Assembly (NCBI RefSeq): GCF_016432865.1
Contig: NC_067401.1
Location: 283,650,001-283,714,000, forward strand
DNA length: 64,000 bases
Direction of reading: 5' to 3'
Source of the DNA: Antechinus flavipes
Lineage: Eukaryota
Shown here: positions 26,474 to 40,029 of the stretch, one piece after another
Position numbering within the stretch: the stretch's first letter is position 1
Layout of the letters: the number at the start of each line of letters is the position of its first letter
Translations under genes and position numbers: made by a program
Notes under the pieces: generated by a model
The model's input: the letters and a program-made list of their open reading frames with translations, nothing else
Database searches by the model: none
Told to the model about the DNA's origin: nothing

Positions 26474-29400
26474 CTCTAGTTAAATTAAGATAAAGTACCC
26501 ATGAAATTTTGATAATTCTATGACTTGGACTTTGAAATTCTAGTTATAGATACATTTGCAGTTTTTAATGAGTAACTATTGTTTTTATGTTATGCCTAAA
26601 TTCATTTGTATAGCTGTTGTTGTTGTTTAGGTTATGCTCTTTGGTTCTCAATCATAAAGTGGGATTTCTTTGTTTCACTCTACCACAATTCTATTCTGGT
26701 ATCCAATGTACCTAAACTTCTTAAATGGCACTCCCAAGTCCATCACTATATCCATTGCACTATTGCTGTCTGTTGATGGTATCTTATTTTCCATATCACA
26801 TAAATCTCACTTAATCTCTTAAATGAGATTATGCCCAATGCTTAAATTGGGCATAAAGTTTAAATCCATGCATATCTCAATCATGGAAAAAAGAATTAGG
26901 AGGCACATTATATTATAAAACATTTGGTTTTATGTTATTTTGAGAGAAGATAGTTGGTGTGGACTTAGAATTTCATCTGTGAAAAAACTACATTGTTGAT
27001 TATGTATTATTCTTTTGATCCTATTATACCTCCTTTTTAAAAAGAGTGGTCTGGGGCAGATTCTTTAAACTGTCATTTGTGAAAACTACAAGTTTCCTAA
27101 AACCATCCAAGGAGTTCCTAAAATTAAAAAAATAAAAATAAAATTGTACCCTGCTTTGCTGTCTGTATCCATGTTGTACAATGTGTTCAACTGATGTAGG
27201 TAGCTTTACTTACATAGAAAAACATCAGAGAATGATCACACTCAATTGTGAAACTAGAAACTGGATTATTATTGATTTGAAACCAGTCATTAAATATACC
27301 GAATAATGTATACAATTATCAAGACCAAAAAATTGAAATTGAGAATCATGCTTAAAGCAATTGAAAGGCATATGATGAGAGAATAGACTGCAACACATTA
27401 TAAACATGAATGAAATAGTAAAAGTGGCGTAAAGGCGTCATCAAAGGTATGTATTATTTAAAAAGAAGGTGGATTGGTCCTGTAGCAAGACTGAGGAGTA
27501 ATGGATGAACTGCTCCTGTGCTCCATTAATAATCTTTTGATGTTATGGGAGTACAAGAAAGGCACTTTGCATACTGAATGAGTCAACTGTGAATATGAAA
27601 AGCAAAAGAAGCATTTATTAAGTACCTACTATGTGTAAAACACAGTGCTAAATTCTTTCCAGATATTATCTCATTTGATCCTCCTAATAACTATTAGTCT
27701 TCCCATTTTGAATTGAAGTTGAAGGAAGAAGGATAGATGAAAATTAAGTGACTTGCTCAGGACTACACAGCTAGTAAATGTCTGAGGCTGAATTGGGACT
27801 CAGGGCTTCCTGACTCCAGATCCAGGTCTCTACCAACAGTTCCACTCAGCTGCCTACCTAATATTTTGAAGCAACCTTTTAAATCCTTGAGACAGCTATA
27901 ATGTCACCCCATCTCTTTTTCAGACATCTCCACTTTGTCCAACTCTCCATTGTATAGTGCTCTGAATCCATTTTCTTGTATCTGTTTCTCATTTTTACAT
28001 CCAAACCTCTCTTGCTTTGCTCTGCATGGCTCCCGCTATGTCTGTGTTTTTCCTTATATTTGCCCTCTCTCCCTGGTTCTTTTTTGTTTCTTTTTACTTC
28101 AAATTGGTGTTTCTTCTTCCTTGATGTGGAACTGAAAATGTTGTTTCTGTTATACTATTTTCTGAATAGAAATTTAACTTGCTTGTTTTTAATTTTAAAA
28201 CTATATGAGCAAAAATATGAGATTCTCAAAAAAAAAAAACCACTGTGTGAGCAATCTTGATATTTCAGAGATGGAGGAAATGTTAGAAATTATTCTCTTC
28301 TTGGAAAAAGAAATCATACATTTGGTTTTTTTTAATAGATAAATGACTCAATTTCTGCCCTTCCCCTCCTCACCCCCATTCCTTCCGGTGTCCTTCAGTA
28401 GAATAGGTTTCCATTCATTTATTGCAGAGAAAAAGACCCCAAGGAGGACTGACTAGAAATATATTTCCTAAGACCATAGGTTTAGAATGAAAATGAGACT
28501 TTACAGCTCATATAGTCTAGGGATATTCTTTGTAGACTAGGGAACTGAGACTCAGAGAGGTTAAATGAGTTGCCACAGTTAGTAAATGGTAGAACTGAGA
28601 TTTAAATCCAAGCCTGGAGACTCCCAAGTCCAGCACTGATTTCATTGCACTATTGCTGTCTGTTGATGGTGTCTTATTTTCCATACCACATAAATCAAGT
28701 TGGGAAGTAAATGATATAATAGACATGGTTTCATTTGGTTAACCTCCAGTTATCTTTGAACATTTAATTATAAAGTAGGAACAAGAACTGAAATTCATTC
28801 CTACACCAGGGTTACTGTAAATGTTTTAAGCTAGAGAGGTTCTTCAGAATGCTGATGGTCTCATTCTTGAAGCACAGATGTGTGATATCACCCAGGAGAT
28901 GCTAAACCAGAATAGTTTAACGTCTTTATTGTCTGTTTTTTGTGTATTTGTTTGTTTTTTTCTACCACTTTCTCTATTCCTCTCTTTTTTGTGCTATATC
29001 TATTGGATTCTGGATTTAAGAAAATGAAGCTTCACATTTTTAGGAATCTAACCTTCTTAAAATTTATATCATGGATACAGCAAGGACATGTGCCAAACAG
29101 GGAGATGGCCCCCTATATACCTTTTGTCCAGCTTTGTGGCTTGCCAGGATCCAACTAGGAGCTTGCCCAGTTCTGCCAGGACTGGAGACTGACTTTGAGT
29201 GTTGTCTGGCGCCCTGAAATTTATACTAAATCTTGCTTTTGTACTTGGAAGTATACAAAGGTAGTTGGCATCCTTTACAAATGGACCAATACAAGGTCAG
29301 ATGATTCCAAGTATCTTTGAATAACTATACTAGTCAAGAATAACAGAGTTACAAAGGAATAATCCCTCTTGAGTTTAATGGCAACTCCTGTGGATAAATC

Positions 29401-30892
29401 AGTTATTCTGTCTTTTTTCTATTTTATGTCCCCAGCTCCTCCTCCCACTAAAGGGAAAGGATCAGACTGCCACATATCTTTCTCTGACTCATTCTTCCTT
29501 GTTTTTTTTTTTCTTTAACTGGCCAAAATATAAAACCAAAGCATATCTTATTTAAGCAACAAGAAATAAAATAGATATTATACCAGAAATCTACTTCATT
29601 ACAATCTTGAGCTTTATTTGGCAGTGAAGAGTTTAAAAACTGTCACTGGATTCTGTTCTATTATTCTTGAAATGGATTTTCATTTTGTACTAAGGGGCTG
29701 AAAAATAGAAAAAAAAGAATAATTGGTAAAGCCAACATGCCATTAGGAGGTTGGCAGGGAGAAGTATCCAACTCCAAACAAATTAATGTGATGTAGCATT
29801 GTTTTGCATTCCTAAATTTCAGACACCTCTTCTGGGTTGCTTTGGATGATCTTAAATAGTGTAATACCATTTAAAAAATTAATTTCATCCAAAATGCCCT
29901 ATGGAATGCTTAGTAGAGGTGTCATGAGACTATCAATGTTTAGTTAGAACTTACTAATGGGAAAATATAAGTAGAAAGAAATATAAAGTATTTATTAAGC
30001 ACTTAGGATATTCCAGGCACTGTTCTAAGCACTGGGAATACAAATATAAGCAAAAAAAGAAATTTTCTACATTCACGATGCTTATATGCTAATAGGAAAA
30101 GAAGAAAAATATAAAAGGAGCTGAGAAGCCTGAGATAGGGAGAAATAGGGAATGATACCCCAGTGGGATGAAGGCTTCTGAGGAGGTAGAAAAATCCAGA
30201 GCAAGAAATGGAGCTAAGAGTAAAGTAAGCATGATCTCAGCATGTTGTAAAATGGCAATCCAGATCAGAGTTTCCAATCAAAGAAGAAAAAGAGAAAATG
30301 GACAAAGAAGTAGAAAAGGTCAGAGAGTAAAGAGTAATATAGGAATCTGTGCTGAATGTGGGAAATACAAAGATGTTCTCTGAACTCTGGGATTTTTTGA
30401 ACTAGCTGGAAATAAATGTCATGCATATAAGAAAAATAACAGTACTTTAGAGCATAACCTAAGGAACCACTGAAAAGGAGAAGTTGCTCCAGTTCCCAAA
30501 GGACCAAAAATAAGAGTGATAGAATGTAATAGTGGTATCCAAACTTATATATGACTGTAAAGGCACAAGTTTCAGTTTTTTGAACAAGACTCATTAAAAT
30601 TAGACAAGGTTATTTATAGCTGAGCCCTAGAATATAACTAATCTAATATCACTGAAAAAAAATGTGACACCAGATGTGACAGATCATTATAACAAAAGAA
30701 ATGGAAATGATTTTTAGTGAATTGTTAGACGGTTAAATGAAAATAAGATATTTAATTAATCACCAATTAATTATTAAGCTTCTCCAATGTAAAAGGCATT
30801 GTGCTAAGTTCTGGGTATAAGAAACACAAAGTGAAGCAATTCCTGACCTCAAGGAACTTACATTCTAATGGGAAATACAGCATATACAAAAA

Positions 30893-30920
30893 TGTGTGTG
30901 TGTGTGTGTGTGTGTGTATG

Positions 30921-30965
<45 letters not shown>
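30893..30965. repeat. (TG)n/(TA)n microsatellite
   Basis: Direct reading. Confidence 0.95.
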
Positions 30966-30968
<3 letters not shown>

Positions 30969-32109
30969 CTATATATCTATATCTGGAGGGGGGGATAGAG
31001 ATAGGGACAAAGAGAGACAGAAACAGAAAGACAAAGAAAGAGAAGAGAAAACTAGTATTTCATTTATGTATTGATTAGATTATATGGCTACTTTTATTTT
31101 TTTCAGCCCTGAAATGCTATAATTTAGGAAAGTACATATAGAGGCACATTCTTGTGTGAAGCGTATTTCAGGCGAAGAAGGAGGAAAATCAGAATTATCC
31201 CAGTAATATGCTTCAGTACAATGTAAGCTGAAGAGATTCTTCTAAATGCTGATGGCCATAAATGATGTATAAAAGGATGATAACACACAAAAAAATTTAG
31301 GCCAGAATAATTCAATTTCTCTATATCTTTCTTTGTGTTTCTTCTTTTCTTCTTTCTTTCTTTATTCCTTTTTTTTCTGCTGTCCTCATTGAATTTTAAT
31401 TGGATATCTTATTGAATACCTACTATATATACATATGTATATGTATATATAGAGACCTACTATATAGAAATATATATACACACATGCAGATATTCATTCA
31501 TTCATACAAATTCTTATATACACATACATGTATATACATCCTCACCACAAAGAACAACAAAATGTATTTAACAGACACAGATAAAAAGGATGAATGTTCT
31601 TAGTTTGGAACATACTATTGATCACGAGTTTTTTAAACCATGTGCTTGTAAATGGATTACAGCATCATTAATAGGAAAAATAAAAGAACTTGAACTTGGG
31701 TTTTTTCCTTTTTTTTTTTCAAACCACCTTTAAATCAGTATATGTTTATTTCCTATTTTTCTTTTGTTGACAAGGGCTCAGTTTACTGAATGTTGTCAGT
31801 AGGTTTTTAAAAAAAGTTTAATGACCTACTAGAAAATAATGAAATATAACTTTATCATCAATAAAACCTATAGAATGATTCTTCAACAAAATTATTTAAG
31901 CTGTTGAGTTAGTGAGGTTGAGTTTTTAGGATGATTCTAAGCTTGAAGATCTCAAATGTAAATAAGCTCATTTTAACTTGGAATAAGACCTAAAGTCACA
32001 TGGATTAAACCTTTACAAAATATTAAATTAAAGCAGTTACTGGATACAGTTATATTGGCGTGACTATAAAATATACCAGATGTAAATGCTTTTCACTTCC
32101 TTTTTATTG

Positions 32110-32800
32110 CCTTTTTTTAAAAGTTTTTTTTTAAAATCTGAACTTATCACCAAATGAAATGAGCATTTTCCTATACAAAGTAAAACAAACAATGAGGATT
32201 ATGTTTGAAATCACAATTACTGTTACATCAGCTTGCTTTTTTCTTTTCAAAATATAATAAGTTCAATGTTACTTTCAAAATTGTCTTATTTTCTTATAAA
32301 CTTCCTACTATTTGCTTCTGTGCATTAAAAAACTTTTTCAATAACTCTTTTTCCTTTCTCCTAGTTCTTTGCTGTAAATAGAATTGCTCTGATATTAACT
32401 TTTTTATTTGTCATGTTACCATGTTGAGTTTATCTTCAAATAAATATAGTGGGAAATAGTAATCTAATTCTAATTTCTTCCAGATTGATTTATAGTTTTC
32501 TTAGCAGTTTTTGTTGAATAGTAGGACCTTATACCAAGTTAGGATGATTGGGTTTATCAAATACAATATGATTATGCTTGATTGCTTTTACATATTGTGT
32601 TCTCAATCTGTTCTGCTAGGCATCTTTTATATTTCTTAACCCAGTAAAAAACAGTTTTGATTATTACTACTTTAGTATAATTTAAAATCTGATACTTCCA
32701 GGTTTATTTCCCTAATGAATATTGATACAAAATTTAAATAAAAATGAATTATAAATATTGCAAAAATTAAATAAAGTATTTAATATTTTACATTAATGTC
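32110..32800 (-). mobile_element. Old L1 fragment
   Basis: T-rich degraded antisense L1-like sequence. Confidence 0.5.
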
Positions 32801-34312
32801 TATTAGGGATATGGTTTGATATTGATATTTTACCTCTCCCTGGTTTGAGTGTTATGACCATATTTTATATTGTACAAGTTTAATAGTATTTCTTATTTTT
32901 TATTTTTTGGGAGGAGGAGGCAATTTAATTATTTTATTAGCAAGATCAACAGGTTACTAACTTGAAAAGGATGATCATTTGGCCAATTCTTTTAGACCAA
33001 AGACAAACACTTCATCAAGAGATTCTTGGATTTATGAGGGAAGACAATGTAAAAGGGAAGATGGAAAAATGAATGGCTCTTGGCAAAAACCAAAAGGAGC
33101 AATCATCTTTGATAACCATGACAAAATTAGAGGGCAGTTATCTTTGATAAATAGACCTTAGAGATTAAAAAAAAAAAGGGAGAAAAAGTAAATGTCTATC
33201 TTCCTCTAGAAATATTTGATGCAGATGGACTTTTTATTTTAAGAGGTTTTTTATTGTCTGTTCCATTTCTTTTCCTTAAATTGGGTTATTTGAATTCTCT
33301 ATTTTTTTATTCTGGTTTAAAGAGTGGTTTTATAAAAATTTTATCATTTCATCTATAATACATTTTGTTGTCATATATTTTGGCATAAGTAATTTCTAAT
33401 AGTTTTCTTAATTTAATCTTCACATGCTAATTCTCCTTTTTTTTTTGAGACAGCCAGCTGATTTTAAAATATAATTATTATCTTATTTAATATAATTTTA
33501 AATTTATTTTCCCAGATCCTTCACAGATATGTGCATCTAATAATGCCTAAATATTCATATAATACTTTGTAATAAGGATCTGAATTTATGTTTTAGTAAA
33601 CTGGATATTTTGACATAGATTTTTTCCTTAAATGATATAAAATTTAAAAAAACTAATTTGTATTATTATAATCAAGTACTGGAATGATTGTTAAAAATTA
33701 ACTTGAGAAGAGTATCCATTTCTATTATAAATTCTAATTTGATATAATACATTACTGCTTTCTTTTTTAGAACTCATATTTGGAAAGTAGAGTTATTCTC
33801 TAGTTATGATAAATATTCCTGATTTTTTTTTTGAAAATCTACCTTCCTGGTTTTACAGTAAGGATCCCCACATTCTCTTGTCTTACATATATCCAAATAT
33901 TATCTTGAATCATTTTCTTTTATTTCTATTTCTTGTTCTTTCTATTCTTTCCAAACATTATTCCTTAGTCTTCATTGAAAGATTATTATCCATATCTCAG
34001 TCCTTATCCTCTCAACTCTTTCAATGTTTTCTCAGGTGATCTCAGTCATCATATATTCAAACTATAATCTCTATGTGGATACTTACAAAAACTATGAATA
34101 TAATCTTCACCCCTAGGCTGAGATCCAGTTCTCCCATTCCACATTACCAGTTTCCTGATAGACATCTTCACGAGTATCTCAAACTTGACATATTCAAAAA
34201 AGTGTTCATTTTTCCCCCTCAGAACTGCATATCCCTTATAAATGGGAACACAGACAAAAGGGCAATATTAGTCCTACTGTGTTAAATTTTATCTCTAAAA
34301 AATATAAAACTT

Positions 34313-34467
34313 GGGGCAGATAGGTGGCGCAGTGGATAGAGCATCAGACTTGAAGTCAGGAGGACCTGAATTCAAATGTAGCTCCGATATTTAACACTTC
34401 CTAGGTGTGTGACCCTGGACAAGTCACTACAATTGGCTCAGCAAAAAAAAGAAATAAAAATAAATAT
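34313..34467 (+). mobile_element. WSINE1-like short CORE-SINE
   Basis: ggggcagataggtggcgcagtggatagagc head with A/B boxes, A-rich tail; 13-bp TSD AAATATAAAACTT at 34300-34312 and 34468-34480. Confidence 0.88.
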
Positions 34468-34704
34468 AAATATAAAACTTTATATATTAAATTCACATTT
34501 TTTAGATGATCCTTTCACATGGACAATCTTTTTTTGTGGAAATGTTCTTTCTGATGTTTATCCAGTTCATAATTTTAAAAGTGGAAACCAATTAAAAAAA
34601 AAAAACAACCTATACTTTTTCTTAATTTTCCTGTCTTATTGAGGATACCATCATCCTTTCAGTTCACTGAAGTCTGCAAGCTTGGAGTCATCCTTTTTTT
34701 TAAA

Positions 34705-35100
34705 AAAATTTTTATTTAATATTTTTATTTTCTACAGTTACATGTAAAACAATTTTTTTTTACATTTGTTTCTGTAACTTTGAGTTCCAGATTCTCTCCA
34801 TCCTCCTCACTCTTAAGAAGTTACATTTCAACTTATACAAAACATTTCCATAAAAGTCATATTGTGAAAGAAAACATAGATTTCCCCGCTCCAAAGAAGC
34901 AACCCTCAAAATAAAATAAAATAAAATAAAATAAAGAGTGTGCTTCAATCTGTATTCAGACACAATCAGTTCTTTTTCTGAATATGGATAGCATTTTTCA
35001 TCTTAAGTTCTTCAGAGTAGTGTTAGATCATCATATTGCTGAGAATAGTAAGATCATTCACAACTACTTATCCCCCAACATTGCTATTATTTTGTATATA
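34705..35100 (-). mobile_element. Older L1 3' UTR
   Basis: Antisense L1 3' UTR, with (TAAAA)n at about 34910-34934. Confidence 0.7.
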
Positions 35101-35114
35101 GTACCTTTTGCTTT

Positions 35115-35845
35115 TCTTTTTCTTTTTCTTTTTCTTTTTTTTTTTTGTTTTCTATTCAGACTATATTGGGATTACTTTGGATCGCTGAACCCATGAGATG
35201 AACCAAATCTTTCATAATTGATCATTACCCATTCTTGCTGTTTCTCTATATTATGTATTCCTGGTTCTGTTTGTTTGATTCAGCATCAGTTCATGTAAAT
35301 CTTTCCAGGCCTTTCTAAAGTCAGCTTGTTCATCATTTTTATATAACAATAATATTCCATTATCTTCATATAGCCTAATCAATCATTCCTCAATTAATGG
35401 ACATCTACTCATTTTCTAATTTTTTGCTACCACGAAAAGAGCTGCTACAGACATTTTTGCACATATGGATCCTTTTCTCTCTTTTAGGGTTTCCTTGCTA
35501 TACAGACCCAGTAGGGGCAGTGTTGGATCAAAGAGTATGCAGTTTCATAAGCTTTGAGACATAGTTCCAGATTGTTCTCCAAAATGGGTTGGATCATTTC
35601 AGTTTCATCAACAATGCATTAGTGTTCCAATTTTCCTACATCCCTTCCAACATTTATCATTATCTTTTCTTGTCATTTTAGTCAATCTGAGAGGTGTGAG
35701 GTGGTTCCTCAAAGTTATTTTAATGTGCATTTCTCTAATCAACAATAATTTAGAGCATTTTTTCATATGATTATATGTTGGCTTTAATTGAATCATCTGA
35801 AAATTGTCTGTTCATATCCTTTAACCATTTATCAATTGGGAAGGA
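35115..35845 (-). mobile_element. L1 ORF2 3' part
   Basis: Minus ORF 35608-35796 (HMKKCSKLLLIREMHIKITLRNHLTPLRLTKM...DKCWKGC) is L1 ORF2. Confidence 0.9.
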
Positions 35846-35867
35846 GAAGCTCTTGAGAACAGTGAGC

Positions 35868-36015
35868 TTTTTTTTTCCCCTGAGGCAACTGAGGTTAAAT
35901 GGCATGCCCAGAAACACACAGCTAAGAAGTATTAAGTGTCTAAGTCCAGATTTTAACTCAGGTCCTCTTGACTTCAGGACTAGTGCTCTATCTACTGCAT
36001 CATCTATCTGTTCCA
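35868..36015 (-). mobile_element. WSINE1-like SINE
   Basis: Reverse complement of the 34313 element type. Confidence 0.7.
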
Positions 36016-37144
36016 GAGTCATTTTTTTATCCAACCATTTGCCAGGTCTTATTGATTCTTCCCATAGGAGGTCATTTTAATTTGTCTCCTTTGTCCAGTC
36101 ACTAGTCCATCATATTTGTTCAGACTTTTATCATCTCTTACCTGGATTATTGCAATAGTCAACTAATTGAATTCCCTGCATCTAATTTCTTTACTCTTTA
36201 ATATATTCTCCATCTAGCTGACAAATAATATTCCTTTAAAACTGTTATTGATATGTTTTGTTTTATATATTTACAGATTACCCTCACTCCTTGAGATATC
36301 TCCTGGAACAAAGAAAAACAATTAAACAAAGCTATTACTAGTGATCTTATCTGAAAGTGCATGCAACATTCAACATCTACAGCATAGCCCCATTCCCACC
36401 TCTCAGTATTTTTTGTTCAATTACCAGAAGTTTATTTTCTTTCCCACTCACCCTGATCCCTTCAACCTTAACAAAAACTTAGGTGGAAGAAAAGAAAAAT
36501 CAATTTCTTGTTACAAATGTCTATAGTGAAGCAAAACAAATCCCCTCATTGGCAAAATACAAAAATATATGTTTCATTAGTTATCCCTATATCCATCACC
36601 TCTCTCATGAATAGCATATCTTAGTCCTCTGAAATTGTGTTTTGAAAATATTGTTGTTATTGCATAAATTGTCCTGATTCTGCTCATTTTAGTCTTCATC
36701 AGTATATAAAAGTCTTCAAAGTTGTTAATTTTTATAAATGAAAAAAGCACAGTTTTCATAAAGCACAGTTCTGACCATATCACTGAAGCTGAAATGACCC
36801 TTTATCAATCAATTATTTAATCAATGACTGTTTATCACATGCTCACTATGTTCCAAGGACCTTGCTAAGTACTGGGGATATGAAGGGAAAAAAATGTCCC
36901 TGTCTTCAAAGAGTTTATATTCTAGTGGGGAGATGATGTATAAATAAATAGCTAGTATAATATACAGAGTAATGGAAATAGTTTTAAAGGGAAGGATACT
37001 AGCAAGTGGGAGAATGGGGGAAAGACCCAAAGAAGATTGGTCTTGAGCTGAGTCTTGAAGGAAGCCAGGAATTCTAAAACTGAGATGAAGAGGGAGAGCA
37101 TAATATGCATGGAAGAATACCAGTGCAATAGTAAGATTGTTGTT

Positions 37145-37780
37145 TGAGGACCATGAGACCAGGGAGGTGATACCATGAAAAGCTCAGGAATTGGATTTAA
37201 GTGAGGGAGGGCTGTGCAAAGTCACCTGCCTCATTTTCCCCTCCAGAACTGTCTGGGCCCAGTGGCCAGATATAGATCAGGATGGCTGGAGATGGCCCTG
37301 AATGCACTGGAAGATGTTGGCCTTTTTATTTTTTGCTGAGGGAACTGGGGTTAAGTGACTTGTCCAGGATCACACAGCCAGGGAGGTCTAAGTGTCTGAG
37401 GCTAAATTTGAACTCAAGTCCTTCTGACTTCAGGGCTGATGCTCTATTCACTACACTATTTAGTTGCCCCGATCTTGGGCTTTTAAAACAAAGGTCTTTA
37501 AGAGGTCTCAGTTTGACTGAGATAGGCTAGTAAGAAATAAGACAGAAAATGGACTCTTTTACCCAGTCAAAAAAAAATCCATCTGGGAGGGGAAGATCCT
37601 CATGGTTTCTGAGCAAAACAAACAATTGTTATTTGCATTCACTCTGAGTCCTTTAGAGCCCAAGCAAAGATTAACTGTGATTTGGTCTGGGACCTATTAT
37701 TGGCCAATCAATGAAAGCTAGAGTAATTTGGGTTTAAGGCTAGGTCCTTAAGAAAGATATTTAAGCCATAAATCCTGATC
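37145..37780 (+). mobile_element. MdoRep1-like marsupial repeat with a nested antisense WSINE1-like SINE (about 37327-37470)
   Basis: agtgagggagggctgtgcaaagtcacc...gatggccctg text resumes after the SINE; imperfect TSD tggcctttt/tgggctttt. Confidence 0.65.
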
Positions 37781-37805
37781 TCTATATATACCTAAATATC
37801 TAAAG

Positions 37806-37808
<3 letters not shown>

Positions 37809-37848
<40 letters not shown>
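37809..37848. repeat. (CA)20 microsatellite
   Basis: Direct reading. Confidence 0.95.
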
Positions 37849-37849
<1 letters not shown>

Positions 37850-38352
37850 TTATTTATTTTAAATTTGTTCACAGTAGCATGGAGACAGAAGATGAAGCAT
37901 TATGATTATGTCTGAGGAGCAATACATAGACCAATATGATTGGGTCTAAGAGTGTGTGTAAGGGAGTAATGTATAATAAGACTGGGATGATAAGAAAGGG
38001 CAAGGATATGGGTAGTTTTAAATCTCAAACTGAAAATTTAATATTTGATCCTAGAAGAATAGAGGAGTGACATGGTCAAAACCATATTTTGGGAATATCA
38101 CTTTAGCATCTGCCTTAAGATGATTTTGTATGGTTGGAAACATTAGACGTTAAGCAGGAAGTCCATTTAGAAAGCTATTCCTACAGTTTGAGAAGAGGTG
38201 ATAAAAGCCCAAGCCTATCATCTGTTGACCATTTCCATTTTCACTGGTTGTTCTTTACACCTACAATTCTCACTTCTGCCTCCTAGCTTCCTTTAAGTTT
38301 CAGCTAAAATACTGTTTTCTGCAAGAAGACTTTTCTACATTTAGTGCCTCCC

Positions 38353-38520
38353 NNNNNNNNNNNNNNNNNNNNNNNNNNNNNNNNNNNNNNNNNNNNNNNN
38401 NNNNNNNNNNNNNNNNNNNNNNNNNNNNNNNNNNNNNNNNNNNNNNNNNNNNNNNNNNNNNNNNNNNNNNNNNNNNNNNNNNNNNNNNNNNNNNNNNNNN
38501 NNNNNNNNNNNNNNNNNNNN
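38353..38520. other. Assembly gap (168 N)
   Basis: Run of N. Confidence 1.
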
Positions 38521-38554
38521 CAAATGTGTTTGTAAGTTATCTTGTTTGTGCAAG

Positions 38555-38790
38555 CAGCTAGATGATGCAGTGGATAGAGCTCCTGACCAGGAATCCGTAA
38601 GATTTGAGTTCAGAAATTTAGTAACTGTGTGACCCTAGACAAGTCACTTAATCCTATTAGTCCCAGTTTCCTCATCTGTAAAAATGAACTGGAGACGAAA
38701 ATGGCAAACCACTCCAGTAACTTTGCCAAGAAAATGCTAGCTGGGATCATGGACAGTAGAACCCGATTGAAAAACTACTAAACAAAAACA
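38555..38790 (+). mobile_element. MAR1-like SINE
   Basis: Head, CORE and RTE-type tail. Confidence 0.75.
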
Positions 38791-40029
38791 ACAATTTTGT
38801 TTGTACAAGTTGGTTCCATGTCCCCCCCCCCCCCTCATTAGACAGTGAGTTAAGAATAAAGGCTAATTTTTTTTTTCTTTTCTTTATATTCCCAGCACTT
38901 ACATAGGGCTTGGCATATAGGCATTTTGACTTGACACAAATTGGAGTGGTAGCTTTTTGAATTGATTTTATTAACTATAGGGAAAAAAATTTAAAAATTG
39001 GGGAGGAGGGAGGTGCATTTAAAACTTCACTATTCAGACTAATGTAGGGCCATAATTTTATAGCTGGAAAAGTCCTTGGCCGTCTTGTCAAAATTCTTTA
39101 TTTTCCTGCAAAAAACAAATCAGGATCAGAGAAATTAAGGGACATGTCCAAGAAGACACAGATAACATTGATAGAGCTAGGATTTGGCTGCAGGTGCTCT
39201 GATTTCCAATACAGCATTCCTCTCCCCCCCACCTCCCTATTTTCCCTTTTATGTCAGGCAGTATATTAGACTTTAGAGAATGGAAAGATAAGAAACAGCC
39301 CTAATTGTGTAAGAAGTTCTTAATCTCCGTGTTTCATCTCTCCACCCCTTCCCCCACATCAAAATCCAGTTCCTAGAATCCGTTTCTTCCTTCAGTCTGC
39401 TTTTTGGCATGCCCTTTTCCCAGCTTCCTCTGCGTTCAGGGTTCAGTTCAAACACCACCTCCTCTTTATTCCTCTAATTGCCTGACTTCCCCTTCTCCCA
39501 AATTGCGTTTAATTTTTTTTTGCATATGTTTTGTAATTTATCTGTATATGTGTTTTTCTTCCCAACTAGAATGTAAGTTCCATGAAGCTTACATGGAAGG
39601 GACCCCGTTCATGGGGGAATCCCTGATTCCTGAATGTATAGTAGGCACTTTATAAAATGATTTCAGTTTAATTTTATTTAACCACATATAACTGAGAATG
39701 AATGTAATCAATTGTAGCATTGGTTTCTTCTTTAGCTTGTTCTCCGTTTGGGAGTTTCTTCATTCAGAGCTAATGGTGTGCAAGGCTTTGCAAGGGTGAA
39801 TGTTGAAAACTATCTTTGCATGTATTTTGAAAAATAAAATTATTATTATTTTTAAAGTAGGCTTCCTCAAGTAGAAAAAAATTAAGTATTTATTAACTAA
39901 GTATTTATTTATTAAGTAAAATTAAGACTTAATAAAAAAAGAAAGAAAGAAAGAAAGCTAATGGTGCAGAAACCTCGGAAATCTAACCTGGAGGAAAAGG
40001 ACGTCTATATTGTTCGCAGACCTCCACTA

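Noticed and set aside
29207-29214. TGGCGCCC as a tRNA-Lys primer-binding site of an ERV
   Set aside because: Only 8 nt match, with no upstream LTR ending in CA and no gag-like sequence.
34313-34400. tRNA gene
   Set aside because: The A/B-box head belongs to a SINE with an A-tail and TSD; no cloverleaf.
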